64,000 nt of DNA from a plasmid, in sequence record NZ_CP043850.1; one strand, written 5' to 3'. This document shows positions 9,798 to 19,084 of this stretch, piece after piece. The translations under genes and the position numbers were made by a program. Numbering within the stretch: position 1 is the first letter of the stretch; each line of letters opens with the position of its first letter. The notes under the pieces were generated by a model, which was not told where the DNA came from, did no database searches, and saw nothing but the letters and a program-made list of their open reading frames with translations.

Positions 9798-10600
9798 CCA
9801 CTCAGAGCCCCGCCCCCCAGGAGCCTGCTGGCCATGGCCGCGTGTGGCCCTACCTCGCCGGTGCCGCCGCCGCGGCAGCCCTCGGGGTCAGCCTGTTCGC
9901 CATGGGATCAGACCCGGAGCCCTCACCGACCCCAGCGGCCTCCGCGGGGTCAGCGCAGGCGCGCGTCAGCGAGGCGCCCACGGCGCCGGTCACCTCCCCG
10001 GCGACCTCGGCTGCCCCGTCCAGTTCCCCCTCCCCGGCCTCGAGCAGTCGGGACACGGGTCGGGAAAAAAGCTCGCAGACCCCGATCGACCTGTCTGGAA
10101 AAGGCCAGGTCAGCGAGGAATCGGTCAGTCCTGAGCGGGAGGCGCAGATGCAGGTGGAACAGCAGGCTCAGGCCCGGGCCGTAGCGGGCGCAGACGCCTC
10201 GAGCCGGCAGCGGGCGGAGCAGGTGGCCGAGGCCTTCGTGCTCGCCTCGAATGAGCGCACCTGGCAGACCGGGCGGCAGCAGTGGGTGCAGCGACTGCAG
10301 CAGCTGGCGACCCCTGGGGTGGTGGAGAGCGTGAACGTGGACCAGGACTGGGAGTCGGACAGCCAGCGCCGCTACGTCGAAGCCAAGGCCGAGACCACCA
10401 CGCAGATCCAGCAAGTCCAGGCGCAGACGCTCACCAACGATGGGCAGATCGAGGTGGAGGTCGAGTTCGTCACCGAGACCGACAGCGAGGACCCCTGGGT
10501 GAGCAACCCTCCGGTGCGCAAGTCCTTGGTTCTGGTGGTCGATCCAGCCCAGGGCATGGTCGTCGACCAGCTGGACATGACCCCCAGAGGCGGTTTGTGA
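9794..10600 (+). CDS. secreted/anchored Ala-Ser-Pro-rich protein of the transfer operon (hypothetical)
   Basis: 268 aa; N-terminal hydrophobic segment; ATGA-type overlap with the hydrolase gene. Confidence 0.55.
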   Translation: MTTQSPAPQEPAGHGRVWPYLAGAAAAAALGVSLFAMGSDPEPSPTPAASAGSAQARVSEAPTAPVTSPATSAAPSSSPSPASSSRDTGREKSSQTPIDLSGKGQVSEESVSPEREAQMQVEQQAQARAVAGADASSRQRAEQVAEAFVLASNERTWQTGRQQWVQRLQQLATPGVVESVNVDQDWESDSQRRYVEAKAETTTQIQQVQAQTLTNDGQIEVEVEFVTETDSEDPWVSNPPVRKSLVLVVDPAQGMVVDQLDMTPRGGL

Positions 10601-10690
10601 GCGCCGACTGAGGCCCCTCGTCTAGGGCGTCCACTCGCACAGGGTGGGCGCCCTTGATGCTGTCCGGGCTGTGGCGATGGGGGACGGCGT

Positions 10691-10719
10691 GGTCAAGCCC
10701 CTCGTGATGGCGTAGACGG
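10691..10719. repeat. solo IS256-family-like terminal inverted repeat, GGTCAAGCCCCTCGTGATGGCGTAGACGG
   Basis: about 25 of 29 bp match the reverse complement of the right end (21388..21417) of the IS256-family element downstream. Confidence 0.6.
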
Positions 10720-10756
10720 CCAGGAGCGCCAGGGGTCCTGGGGCCGGGCGAAGCGG

Positions 10757-10847
10757 GGCACGGGGGAAGGCGCGCCGGTTGTCGAGATGCAGCGAAGAGT
10801 TCACACGACGCGCGGTGAACTCTTCGCATATCAGGCGGGATCCGGTC
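10757..10847 (+). repeat. cassette-boundary repeat, A form, copy 1 (core GTTGTCGAGATGCAGCGAAGAGTTCACACGACGCGCGGTGAACTCTTCG, then GGCGGGATCCGGT); holds a perfect 12-bp stem / 10-nt loop hairpin at 10793..10826
   Basis: shared with loci at 30527, 33038, 49788 and, inverted, at 32879 and 51134. Confidence 0.8.
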
Positions 10848-11067
10848 GGCGTGAAATCTGGGTGTCCCGGTGGGCGCTCCCGCGCGCCCCAGGGCCCGCC
10901 AGAAACGTACGGGCGGCTGCCGCTCTGGCGGGTCGGTTGTGGCGAGTCATGTGGCGGGCGGACAGGGTCGGATGTGGCGCGCACGGCGCATGGCGGGGTT
11001 GTCAACGTCGGCCGAATATTGACCCCTTATCGTCGTTGAATTTTGACCCCCTCGAATTGATGTGTTG

Positions 11068-11846
11068 TTACTTGCCCGCGGGTTGTGCGGGGGTCTTGAG
11101 GAGCTCGCGGCGTGCCCTGGTGCGGTAGGAGTCCCCGCCGAGGGTGAGGACTTCCGCGTGGTGAACGAGTCGGTCGATCATCGCGGCCGCGACGATGTCG
11201 TCGGAGAAGATCTCACCCCATCTGCCGAAGGGCATGTTGCTGGTGAGCACGATCGAGCCTTGCTCGTAGCGGGACGCGATGAGTTGGAAGAACAGGTTCG
11301 CGGCGTCCGCGTCGAATGGCAGGTAGCCGACCTCGTCGATGATCAGCATCCGGTAGCGGCGGAGTCGTTTCAGCTCATGCTCGAGCCGGCCGGCTGCGTG
11401 CGCGGCCTGGAGTCGGCCAGCCCAGCCGGTCGCGGTATCGAACAACACCGGGTATCCAGCGTGCGCGGCTTTGATGCCGAGGCCGATCGCGAGGTGTGTT
11501 TTGCCGACACCGGGTGGGCCGAGCAGGATCACGTTCTCCGCTTTCGGGATGAACGTTGTCGTCGCGAGGTGAGCGAGGACATCGCGACGCAGCGAGGGCT
11601 GATGGTCGGCGTTGAAGTCGTCCAGGGTCTTCACCGCGGGGAAGTGAGCGCCCGCGATTCGCAGTGTCGTTCCGTTCGCTTCCCGGTCCGCGACCTGGCG
11701 TTACAGGACCGCGGTGAGGTATTCCTCGTGGGACCAGCCCTCGGTGCGGGCTTGATCGCCGAGGGTCTCCCAGACCCGGCCGATCGTGGGGGTCTTCAAC
11801 GCCCGGGTCAGGTATCCCATCGTCGCCGCGATCTCCGTTTCGGGCA
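11068..11846 (-). pseudogene. istB: istB (IS21 helper ATPase) inactivated by a nonsense mutation (TTACAG here versus TTGCAG in copy 2, near 11702), leaving a 188-aa ORF
   Basis: copy 2 encodes the intact 259-aa IstB with Walker A GPPGVGKTHLAIGLG; the only difference seen is one base. Confidence 0.8.
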
Positions 11847-13106
11847 TCAGAGGACCTCACCGGTTCGAGGATCGACAGGGAAATCGACGCCGAACAACTC
11901 GTCGTAGTCGGGCAGTTCCCGAAACACCACGCTGGCCGCTGGCTGCCCGCGATGGTGCAGTCGTTCTCGGTCGCGTTTCGCGGCGCTGAACGTGGAGCGC
12001 AGCCCCCTCGCGATCTCGACGTGGACAGGGTCGATGACGGTCGCGTGTTTCGCCCAACAGCGTTCGTGGTCAGCGACGGTGCGGCCATCGCAGATCACGA
12101 TCACTCGTGTCAGCGTGGCCGTCACATCCACCAGCCGCCCAATCACGCGAGGGTCAACGGAGTAGTCGTTGGCATCGATGCGGACGTAGTAGTCCCGCGC
12201 CAATCGGACCCGGTTTCGCAGCCCCGTCACCGGCGGCAGCGGCGGCAACACGGTCATCGCCTGCAGATCCCGCTCCACCACGTCGATAGGTCGCCCGCCC
12301 AGCGAGCGGATCGTGCGGGAGTTCGCCCGCGGGAGCCACTCCGCGAGTTGGCTGTTGAAACTGTCCGGTGACGCGAACGACCGCCCGGGCAGGAACGATG
12401 TCTCCATGTACTGGTTGTTGCGTTCGGTCATGCCCTTGAACTCCGGATCCCGCGGAGGGGCGAGCACGATCCTCGTCGCCAACGTTCCCGCGAACGCGGC
12501 CGCGGCCTGCGTGACAGTCCCCTTCCCCCCGATCGCGGCCTCACGATCCCAGACGAGCGTCTTCGAGACCCGCCCGACACGAGAGATCAGCTGCCACATC
12601 CCCGCGACCAGATCGCCCGCCTGCCGGGACGGGAGCATCACCGCGGACAGGAACCGGGAGAACGTCAACGTCATCACGAGCACCGGCAGCATCAACGCTT
12701 GCCCATGCCCGACAGGGATCCGCGGCTCCGGGAACCACAGATCCATCTGCGCGCTCTCGCCAGGAAGATGAATCAGACGATCCGCGGGATCGACCCCGGC
12801 ATACTCCGGACGAATCGTCCGGATCCGATCCTTCAGAATCGTGATCGAGTGTTCCCACCCGATCCGCTCCGCGATCACCGTCGCCGGCATCCTCGCATCC
12901 ACCACCAAGAGCTTGCGGATCTCGGGCTCCGCAGCGTCAACGAGTGACCCTTTCCCTGCCCGCTGATACGACGGCGGCGTCTCTGACGCCAACGCCGACC
13001 GCACCGTATTTCGCGCCACACCGAGCCGACGCACGATCTCCTTGATCGACACGCCCTCCGCCCGATGCAACCGCCTGATCTCTGCCCACTGTTCCAAATT
13101 GATCAC
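11847..13106 (-). CDS. istA: IS21-family transposase IstA
   Basis: 419 aa; N-terminal HTH; identical to copy 2. Confidence 0.9.
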   Translation of the reverse strand: MINLEQWAEIRRLHRAEGVSIKEIVRRLGVARNTVRSALASETPPSYQRAGKGSLVDAAEPEIRKLLVVDARMPATVIAERIGWEHSITILKDRIRTIRPEYAGVDPADRLIHLPGESAQMDLWFPEPRIPVGHGQALMLPVLVMTLTFSRFLSAVMLPSRQAGDLVAGMWQLISRVGRVSKTLVWDREAAIGGKGTVTQAAAAFAGTLATRIVLAPPRDPEFKGMTERNNQYMETSFLPGRSFASPDSFNSQLAEWLPRANSRTIRSLGGRPIDVVERDLQAMTVLPPLPPVTGLRNRVRLARDYYVRIDANDYSVDPRVIGRLVDVTATLTRVIVICDGRTVADHERCWAKHATVIDPVHVEIARGLRSTFSAAKRDRERLHHRGQPAASVVFRELPDYDELFGVDFPVDPRTGEVL

Positions 13107-13949
13107 CCTCCAAAGGATGCCCGGAAGGGGTCAAAATTCCCCGACGCTCAGGGGTCAGTATTCACGCGTCGTCGACAGCACCCGCTCGGAAAGCCACCCG
13201 TCGCTCCGCTTCTGTCGGCCGTCGCCGCGGAGGCTGCGGGCACGTTCGTCCTCGTGTTCGGAGTCATCGGAGCGGCGACCTTCTCCGCATCCTTTTCGAA
13301 GTCGGATGTCGCGGTGAACATCGGATTCCTCGGCGTCGCCTTCGCGCTCGGGCTCAGCGTGCTCGTCGGCGCCATCGCCTGGGGCCCCGTGTCGGGCGGC
13401 CACTTCAACCCTGCCGTCACGCTCGGATTGGCGACCGCCGGATTCTTCTCGTGGCGCCGCGTCCCGGCCTACATCGCGTCGCAGTTCGTGGGTGGGCTAC
13501 TCGCGTCCACCGCACTTGTTCTCGTTGCGGCGGGCACCAGCACGGAATTCCTGTCAGACGCTCGAAAGAGCGGATTCGCGTCCACCGGCTGGGGACCGCT
13601 CTCACCAAGCGGGGCCTCCTGGGAGGCGGCGTTCCTCATCGAGGCGGTCACCACGGCCGTGCTCATGGCGGTCGTCCTCGCCGTCTCCACTCGTCGCACG
13701 GACGCGACGCTCGCGCCGCTGGCCATCGGGTTCACGCTGACGGTGGCGGCGCTCGTCGCGATCCCGATCTCGAACGGCTCTTTCAACCCGGCCCGCTCGA
13801 TAGCGACCGCCGTCTACGGGGGCCCTGTCGCGCTCGAGCAGTTGTGGCTCTCGCTCGTCGCGCCAACCCTCGGCGCGGCGCTGGTCGGCCTCGTCGTGAC
13901 AGCGGTCCGCCACCTCGCGCCGCGAGCGAGGAGAAGCTCCTACATCTGA
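13065..13949 (+). CDS. MIP-family channel (aquaporin / glycerol facilitator); the first 38 codons lie inside the IS21 end and the native start appears lost
   Basis: two NPA boxes (HFNPAVT, SFNPARS); six TM helices; no ATG/GTG/TTG between the IS end (13178) and the conserved AAEAAGTF N-terminal motif. Confidence 0.7.
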   Translation: MQPPDLCPLFQIDHPPKDARKGSKFPDAQGSVFTRRRQHPLGKPPVAPLLSAVAAEAAGTFVLVFGVIGAATFSASFSKSDVAVNIGFLGVAFALGLSVLVGAIAWGPVSGGHFNPAVTLGLATAGFFSWRRVPAYIASQFVGGLLASTALVLVAAGTSTEFLSDARKSGFASTGWGPLSPSGASWEAAFLIEAVTTAVLMAVVLAVSTRRTDATLAPLAIGFTLTVAALVAIPISNGSFNPARSIATAVYGGPVALEQLWLSLVAPTLGAALVGLVVTAVRHLAPRARRSSYI

Positions 13950-13993
13950 GTGCGGTGCGTGTTCCATCCCGGAGATCCGGGACGGCGTGACGC

Positions 13994-14209
13994 TTATGCG
14001 GCCGCGTCGACGACCTTCGTCGCGCGGTATGTACTCACGGCGCGGAGGACGGCAGGTGTTGCATGCTGGACGACCCTCAAAGCGCCGGTCGCGATCTGGA
14101 GCCGGCGCTGCACGGCCGCGTCGGCAGCCATCTTCAGGCCGATCTCTATGCCACGTTCGATCCCAACGGCAACGCCGCGGTTGAAGCCGAGACCGTAAAC
14201 AGGACTTCC
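13994..14209 (-). CDS. small hypothetical protein (MGSPVYGLGFNRGVAVGIERGIEIGLKMAADAAV...)
   Basis: only the C-terminal 72 codons of ORF 13994..14539 look protein-like. Confidence 0.25.
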   Translation of the reverse strand, partial: GSPVYGLGFNRGVAVGIERGIEIGLKMAADAAVQRRLQIATGALRVVQHATPAVLRAVSTYRATKVVDAAA

Positions 14210-14301
14210 CATGAGTGCTCCCCAGATTGAGTGGTGCTGTCGAGCGTAGTGAGATCCGGGAGCGCCAGACCGTGAGGTGGCTGGGACTTCAGGCGGAATC
14301 G

Positions 14302-14709
14302 TCAGGCTGTCGGCGCATCCTCGTTCACCGACGGAGGCACCGGCCCACGAGCGGCACGTACGCCAGCCCTGTACGCGCGCATCTCCCGTCGCGCGAATCG
14401 CTGATGGACGAACCATTCCCGAATGGTTCGTCCCAGACGGCGGCGGCGGACGTCGTCGACAAACATCAGCCATCCCACCCGAACCGACCGTGCCCGCTGC
14501 GTGACCTTGTTGTCGGACGGGTCCGAGACGAGCAACCATCGTTGCACCTGCACGTCCGGGCTGGAGCGCGGCTCCGCGAGCTCGTCAACATGGTCTTCCA
14601 AAACCCCGACGATGACGTTGCGGCGTTGCTCCGGGTATGCCCATTCCCTCGTGACGCGTTGCGCGCGAGCGAGGGTGAATTCGTACTCCGTGCGCGCAAT
14701 CGGTTCCAT
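14302..14709 (-). CDS. hypothetical protein
   Basis: 135-aa ORF with protein-like composition; overlaps the 3' end of ORF 14585..15070. Confidence 0.35.
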   Translation of the reverse strand: MEPIARTEYEFTLARAQRVTREWAYPEQRRNVIVGVLEDHVDELAEPRSSPDVQVQRWLLVSDPSDNKVTQRARSVRVGWLMFVDDVRRRRLGRTIREWFVHQRFARREMRAYRAGVRAARGPVPPSVNEDAPTA

Positions 14710-15070
14710 GCCCGGTCGGCAGTGCGGGTAGCAACTGCTCCGCGGTGTGACCCAGCTTCCGGAGGAACGCCTCGACCTCGCCCCGCTGACGTTGCGCGCG
14801 AGGAGACGTCACGCGGTCACTCCACAATCGCACCGCGTCACCGTACTGACGGGCGAAGTCCGACCGCGCCAGCCCGTCTTCGCGGCCGGCGAGCGACAAC
14901 GCCGACACGGCGATGGCGAACTCGTCTCCGACAGACCGGTCGAGCTGGAAGTCACGATTGGAGCGAGCCTCGCGGCTGGCGTCGCGTGCGATGACCAATC
15001 CGACCAGAGCAAGGATCACCGACAGCAGAGACGCGATGACCTGGATCCAGGTCGCGAAGGCGTTGTCCAC
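14585..15070 (-). CDS. hypothetical membrane-anchored protein (N-terminal TM IQVIASLLSVILALVGLVIA); may be one frameshifted gene with 14302..14709
   Basis: 161-aa ORF; the C-terminal 40 aa look like out-of-frame junk. Confidence 0.3.
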   Translation of the reverse strand: MDNAFATWIQVIASLLSVILALVGLVIARDASREARSNRDFQLDRSVGDEFAIAVSALSLAGREDGLARSDFARQYGDAVRLWSDRVTSPRAQRQRGEVEAFLRKLGHTAEQLLPALPTGHGTDCAHGVRIHPRSRATRHEGMGIPGATPQRHRRGFGRPC

Positions 15071-15167
15071 AGACGAACAGTATCGTCAGGACGCCGCATT
15101 CTTCCTTCCAAGAATGCAGAAGAGGTGCACCCGGATCCCGGGTGCACCTCTTCTACTGCGCCGCTTC

Positions 15168-16004
15168 TTACTTCTGGATGAAGGCGAGGAGGTCAGGGTT
15201 GATGACCTCGGCGTGCGTGGTCAGCATGCCGTGCGGGTAGCCGGCGTACAGCTTCAGCTCAGAGTTCTGGAGGAGCTCGTGCTGCAGGAGCGCGGCGGCC
15301 TTGTAGGGAACGACCTGGTCGTCGTCGCCCTGCATGACGAGAACGGGGACCGTGATGGCCTTGAGGTCTTCGGTCTGGTCGGTCTCGGAGAAGGCCTTGA
15401 TGCCCTCGTAGTGAGCGAGCGCGCTGCCCGTCATGCCCTGACGCCACCAGTTCGCGACGACCGGCTCGGACACCTCGACACCGTCGCGGTTGAAGCCGTA
15501 GAACGGACCCGACGCCACGGCCTGGAAGAACTCGGCACGGTTGGCGGCGAGAGCGGAACGGAAACCGTCGAGGACCTCGATGGGCGTGCCCTCGGGGTTG
15601 CTGTCGGACTTCAGCATGATGGGAGGAACCGAGGAGACGAGCACGGCCTTGGCGACACGACCCTGGGGCTGACCGTACTTGGCGACGTAGCGAGCGACCT
15701 GGCCGCCGCCGGTGGAGTGGCCGATGTGGATGGCGTTCTGCAGGTCGAGGTGCTCGACGACGGCGTTCACGTCGCTGGCGTAGTGGTCCATGTCGTGGCC
15801 GGTGCTGATCTGCGACGAACGTCCGTGGCCGCGGCGGTCGCTGGCGACGACGCGGTAGCCCTTCGAGAGGAAGTAGAGCATCTGTGCGTCCCAGTCGTCG
15901 GACGACAGCGGCCAGCCGTGGTGGAACACGATGGGCTGGGCGTTCTTGTCGCCCCAGTCCTTGAAGTAGATCTCTGCGCCGTCTTCGGTGGTGATGTATC
16001 CCAT
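15168..16004 (-). CDS. alpha/beta-hydrolase of the non-haem chloroperoxidase / bromoperoxidase type
   Basis: start MGYITTEDGAEIYFKDWG..PIVFHHGWPLSSDDWD; nucleophile elbow GHSTGGG; SD-like AAGGA upstream; the ORF's upstream 29 codons judged not translated. Confidence 0.8.
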   Translation of the reverse strand: MGYITTEDGAEIYFKDWGDKNAQPIVFHHGWPLSSDDWDAQMLYFLSKGYRVVASDRRGHGRSSQISTGHDMDHYASDVNAVVEHLDLQNAIHIGHSTGGGQVARYVAKYGQPQGRVAKAVLVSSVPPIMLKSDSNPEGTPIEVLDGFRSALAANRAEFFQAVASGPFYGFNRDGVEVSEPVVANWWRQGMTGSALAHYEGIKAFSETDQTEDLKAITVPVLVMQGDDDQVVPYKAAALLQHELLQNSELKLYAGYPHGMLTTHAEVINPDLLAFIQK

Positions 16005-16181
16005 GATGAGTCCTTTGTCATGTCGTCGAACGAGCAAGCCCGCGCGACTGGTGGGTAGTTTGCGCCTCGACGATGTGGCGACTGCATTCACGGTAACTTT
16101 CGGGCGCCCGCGATGTCAACGTCGGCCGAATATTGACCCCTTATCGTCGTTGAATTTTGACCCCCTCGAATTGATGTGTTG

Positions 16182-16961
16182 TTACTTGCCCGCGGGTTGT
16201 GCGGGGGTCTTGAGGAGCTCGCGGCGTGCCCTGGTGCGGTAGGAGTCCCCGCCGAGGGTGAGGACTTCCGCGTGGTGAACGAGTCGGTCGATCATCGCGG
16301 CCGCGACGATGTCGTCGGAGAAGATCTCACCCCATCTGCCGAAGGGCATGTTGCTGGTGAGCACGATCGAGCCTTGCTCGTAGCGGGACGCGATGAGTTG
16401 GAAGAACAGGTTCGCGGCGTCCGCGTCGAATGGCAGGTAGCCGACCTCGTCGATGATCAGCATCCGGTAGCGGCGGAGTCGTTTCAGCTCATGCTCGAGC
16501 CGGCCGGCTGCGTGCGCGGCCTGGAGTCGGCCAGCCCAGCCGGTCGCGGTATCGAACAACACCGGGTATCCAGCGTGCGCGGCTTTGATGCCGAGGCCGA
16601 TCGCGAGGTGTGTTTTGCCGACACCGGGTGGGCCGAGCAGGATCACGTTCTCCGCTTTCGGGATGAACGTTGTCGTCGCGAGGTGAGCGAGGACATCGCG
16701 ACGCAGCGAGGGCTGATGGTCGGCGTTGAAGTCGTCCAGGGTCTTCACCGCGGGGAAGTGAGCGCCCGCGATTCGCAGTGTCGTTCCGTTCGCTTCCCGG
16801 TCCGCGACCTGGCGTTGCAGGACCGCGGTGAGGTATTCCTCGTGGGACCAGCCCTCGGTGCGGGCTTGATCGCCGAGGGTCTCCCAGACCCGGCCGATCG
16901 TGGGGGTCTTCAACGCCCGGGTCAGGTATCCCATCGTCGCCGCGATCTCCGTTTCGGGCAT
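16182..16961 (-). CDS. istB: IS21 helper ATPase IstB (intact)
   Basis: 259 aa; Walker A GPPGVGKTHLAIGLG. Confidence 0.9.
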   Translation of the reverse strand: MPETEIAATMGYLTRALKTPTIGRVWETLGDQARTEGWSHEEYLTAVLQRQVADREANGTTLRIAGAHFPAVKTLDDFNADHQPSLRRDVLAHLATTTFIPKAENVILLGPPGVGKTHLAIGLGIKAAHAGYPVLFDTATGWAGRLQAAHAAGRLEHELKRLRRYRMLIIDEVGYLPFDADAANLFFQLIASRYEQGSIVLTSNMPFGRWGEIFSDDIVAAAMIDRLVHHAEVLTLGGDSYRTRARRELLKTPAQPAGK

Positions 16962-18220
16962 CAGAGGACCTCACCGGTTCGAGGATCGACAGGGAAATCG
17001 ACGCCGAACAACTCGTCGTAGTCGGGCAGTTCCCGAAACACCACGCTGGCCGCTGGCTGCCCGCGATGGTGCAGTCGTTCTCGGTCGCGTTTCGCGGCGC
17101 TGAACGTGGAGCGCAGCCCCCTCGCGATCTCGACGTGGACAGGGTCGATGACGGTCGCGTGTTTCGCCCAACAGCGTTCGTGGTCAGCGACGGTGCGGCC
17201 ATCGCAGATCACGATCACTCGTGTCAGCGTGGCCGTCACATCCACCAGCCGCCCAATCACGCGAGGGTCAACGGAGTAGTCGTTGGCATCGATGCGGACG
17301 TAGTAGTCCCGCGCCAATCGGACCCGGTTTCGCAGCCCCGTCACCGGCGGCAGCGGCGGCAACACGGTCATCGCCTGCAGATCCCGCTCCACCACGTCGA
17401 TAGGTCGCCCGCCCAGCGAGCGGATCGTGCGGGAGTTCGCCCGCGGGAGCCACTCCGCGAGTTGGCTGTTGAAACTGTCCGGTGACGCGAACGACCGCCC
17501 GGGCAGGAACGATGTCTCCATGTACTGGTTGTTGCGTTCGGTCATGCCCTTGAACTCCGGATCCCGCGGAGGGGCGAGCACGATCCTCGTCGCCAACGTT
17601 CCCGCGAACGCGGCCGCGGCCTGCGTGACAGTCCCCTTCCCCCCGATCGCGGCCTCACGATCCCAGACGAGCGTCTTCGAGACCCGCCCGACACGAGAGA
17701 TCAGCTGCCACATCCCCGCGACCAGATCGCCCGCCTGCCGGGACGGGAGCATCACCGCGGACAGGAACCGGGAGAACGTCAACGTCATCACGAGCACCGG
17801 CAGCATCAACGCTTGCCCATGCCCGACAGGGATCCGCGGCTCCGGGAACCACAGATCCATCTGCGCGCTCTCGCCAGGAAGATGAATCAGACGATCCGCG
17901 GGATCGACCCCGGCATACTCCGGACGAATCGTCCGGATCCGATCCTTCAGAATCGTGATCGAGTGTTCCCACCCGATCCGCTCCGCGATCACCGTCGCCG
18001 GCATCCTCGCATCCACCACCAAGAGCTTGCGGATCTCGGGCTCCGCAGCGTCAACGAGTGACCCTTTCCCTGCCCGCTGATACGACGGCGGCGTCTCTGA
18101 CGCCAACGCCGACCGCACCGTATTTCGCGCCACACCGAGCCGACGCACGATCTCCTTGATCGACACGCCCTCCGCCCGATGCAACCGCCTGATCTCTGCC
18201 CACTGTTCCAAATTGATCAC
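16961..18220 (-). CDS. istA: IS21-family transposase IstA
   Basis: 419 aa; identical to copy 1. Confidence 0.9.
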   Translation of the reverse strand: MINLEQWAEIRRLHRAEGVSIKEIVRRLGVARNTVRSALASETPPSYQRAGKGSLVDAAEPEIRKLLVVDARMPATVIAERIGWEHSITILKDRIRTIRPEYAGVDPADRLIHLPGESAQMDLWFPEPRIPVGHGQALMLPVLVMTLTFSRFLSAVMLPSRQAGDLVAGMWQLISRVGRVSKTLVWDREAAIGGKGTVTQAAAAFAGTLATRIVLAPPRDPEFKGMTERNNQYMETSFLPGRSFASPDSFNSQLAEWLPRANSRTIRSLGGRPIDVVERDLQAMTVLPPLPPVTGLRNRVRLARDYYVRIDANDYSVDPRVIGRLVDVTATLTRVIVICDGRTVADHERCWAKHATVIDPVHVEIARGLRSTFSAAKRDRERLHHRGQPAASVVFRELPDYDELFGVDFPVDPRTGEVL

Positions 18221-18365
18221 CCTCCAAAGGATGCCCGGAAGGGGTCAAAATTCCCCGACGCTCAGGGGTCAGTATTCACGCGTCGTCGACAGGGGTCCCT
18301 CGCCACAAACGACCGAATCTGTCGAGTCAGTTGCAGAGCGCCGGGGTCAAGGGAACGACTCCGCC

Positions 18366-18932
18366 TTAGCGGGGATGGCGGAGGCCGCGTGACCGTGCGA
18401 TGAGGCAGACCAGCAGCCCGAGGGCTGCTGCCGTACTGGCAAGGTGGATCGGCCACGCCCACGGGCTGTGGTCGCCCCCGGAGATCATGTAGGTGTCGGC
18501 CAGGCCCAATCCCATACCGAAGGAGGCCACCCAGTAGGCAGGGGCCGCGGCGGTAAGCAATCCCAGGCCCATGGTCAGGAGCATCAGAGGGTCGATCCGT
18601 GGCCGGCGCCGGGCCAGGCGACCCAGCACGAGGGCGCCGCCGATTCCTGCGAAGAAAGCGAGCGCGGGGAAGGCCGCCAGCTCGAACACGCTGACCTGCG
18701 GGGCCAAGTCAGCATAGATCTGGGTGAGGCTACGGTCTGCGGGTGCTGCGGCCAGCGGGTTGAGGACGAGGGTCTGCAATGCCCCGAGGAGGGCCAACAT
18801 CGCCAGGAGGGAGGGGATCGCAGTGCGTGTCGCCGGACCCATCCACGCAGGCCTAGCGGAGGCGGGTGAGCCGCCAGCGGTGCGGGGCTCGACCGGGCCC
18901 GGGCGGGCAGAAGGCGGGAAAGGGCGCGACAT
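18366..18932 (-). CDS. hypothetical integral membrane protein
   Basis: 188 aa with several hydrophobic helices. Confidence 0.5.
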   Translation of the reverse strand: MSRPFPPSARPGPVEPRTAGGSPASARPAWMGPATRTAIPSLLAMLALLGALQTLVLNPLAAAPADRSLTQIYADLAPQVSVFELAAFPALAFFAGIGGALVLGRLARRRPRIDPLMLLTMGLGLLTAAAPAYWVASFGMGLGLADTYMISGGDHSPWAWPIHLASTAAALGLLVCLIARSRGLRHPR

Positions 18933-19084
18933 GGGCTCACTCTAGGGCCATCCCCGCGCCTGGCCCTCGGTGACCAAGCAGGGTGCAGGCGCATTGGCTG
19001 GGCATCTGGCTGAGTTGCAGCGGATGGCCCAACTGGCTTCGCCCACTGGCGCGTCTTCGGGACGACGCAAACGACCGAATCTGC

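Larger units (their letters stand above)
10999..13178 (-). mobile_element. IS21-family insertion sequence, copy 1 (2180 bp), imperfect ~27-bp terminal IRs TGTC(A/G)ACG...GAATA(T/C)TGACCCC and internal TGACCCC repeats
   Basis: almost 100% identical to copy 2 at offset +5114; carries istA and istB. Confidence 0.9.
16113..18292 (-). mobile_element. IS21-family insertion sequence, copy 2 (intact istA and istB)
   Basis: identical to copy 1 apart from the istB stop-codon site. Confidence 0.9.

Noticed and set aside
10787-11128. 113-aa ORF starting inside A-repeat copy 1 and running into the IS21 end, with a similar short peptide encoded by the other A copies
   Set aside because: The peptide conservation follows from DNA-level repeat conservation, and the ORF continues into IS sequence. 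Kept as a note under the repeat finding rather than as a gene.
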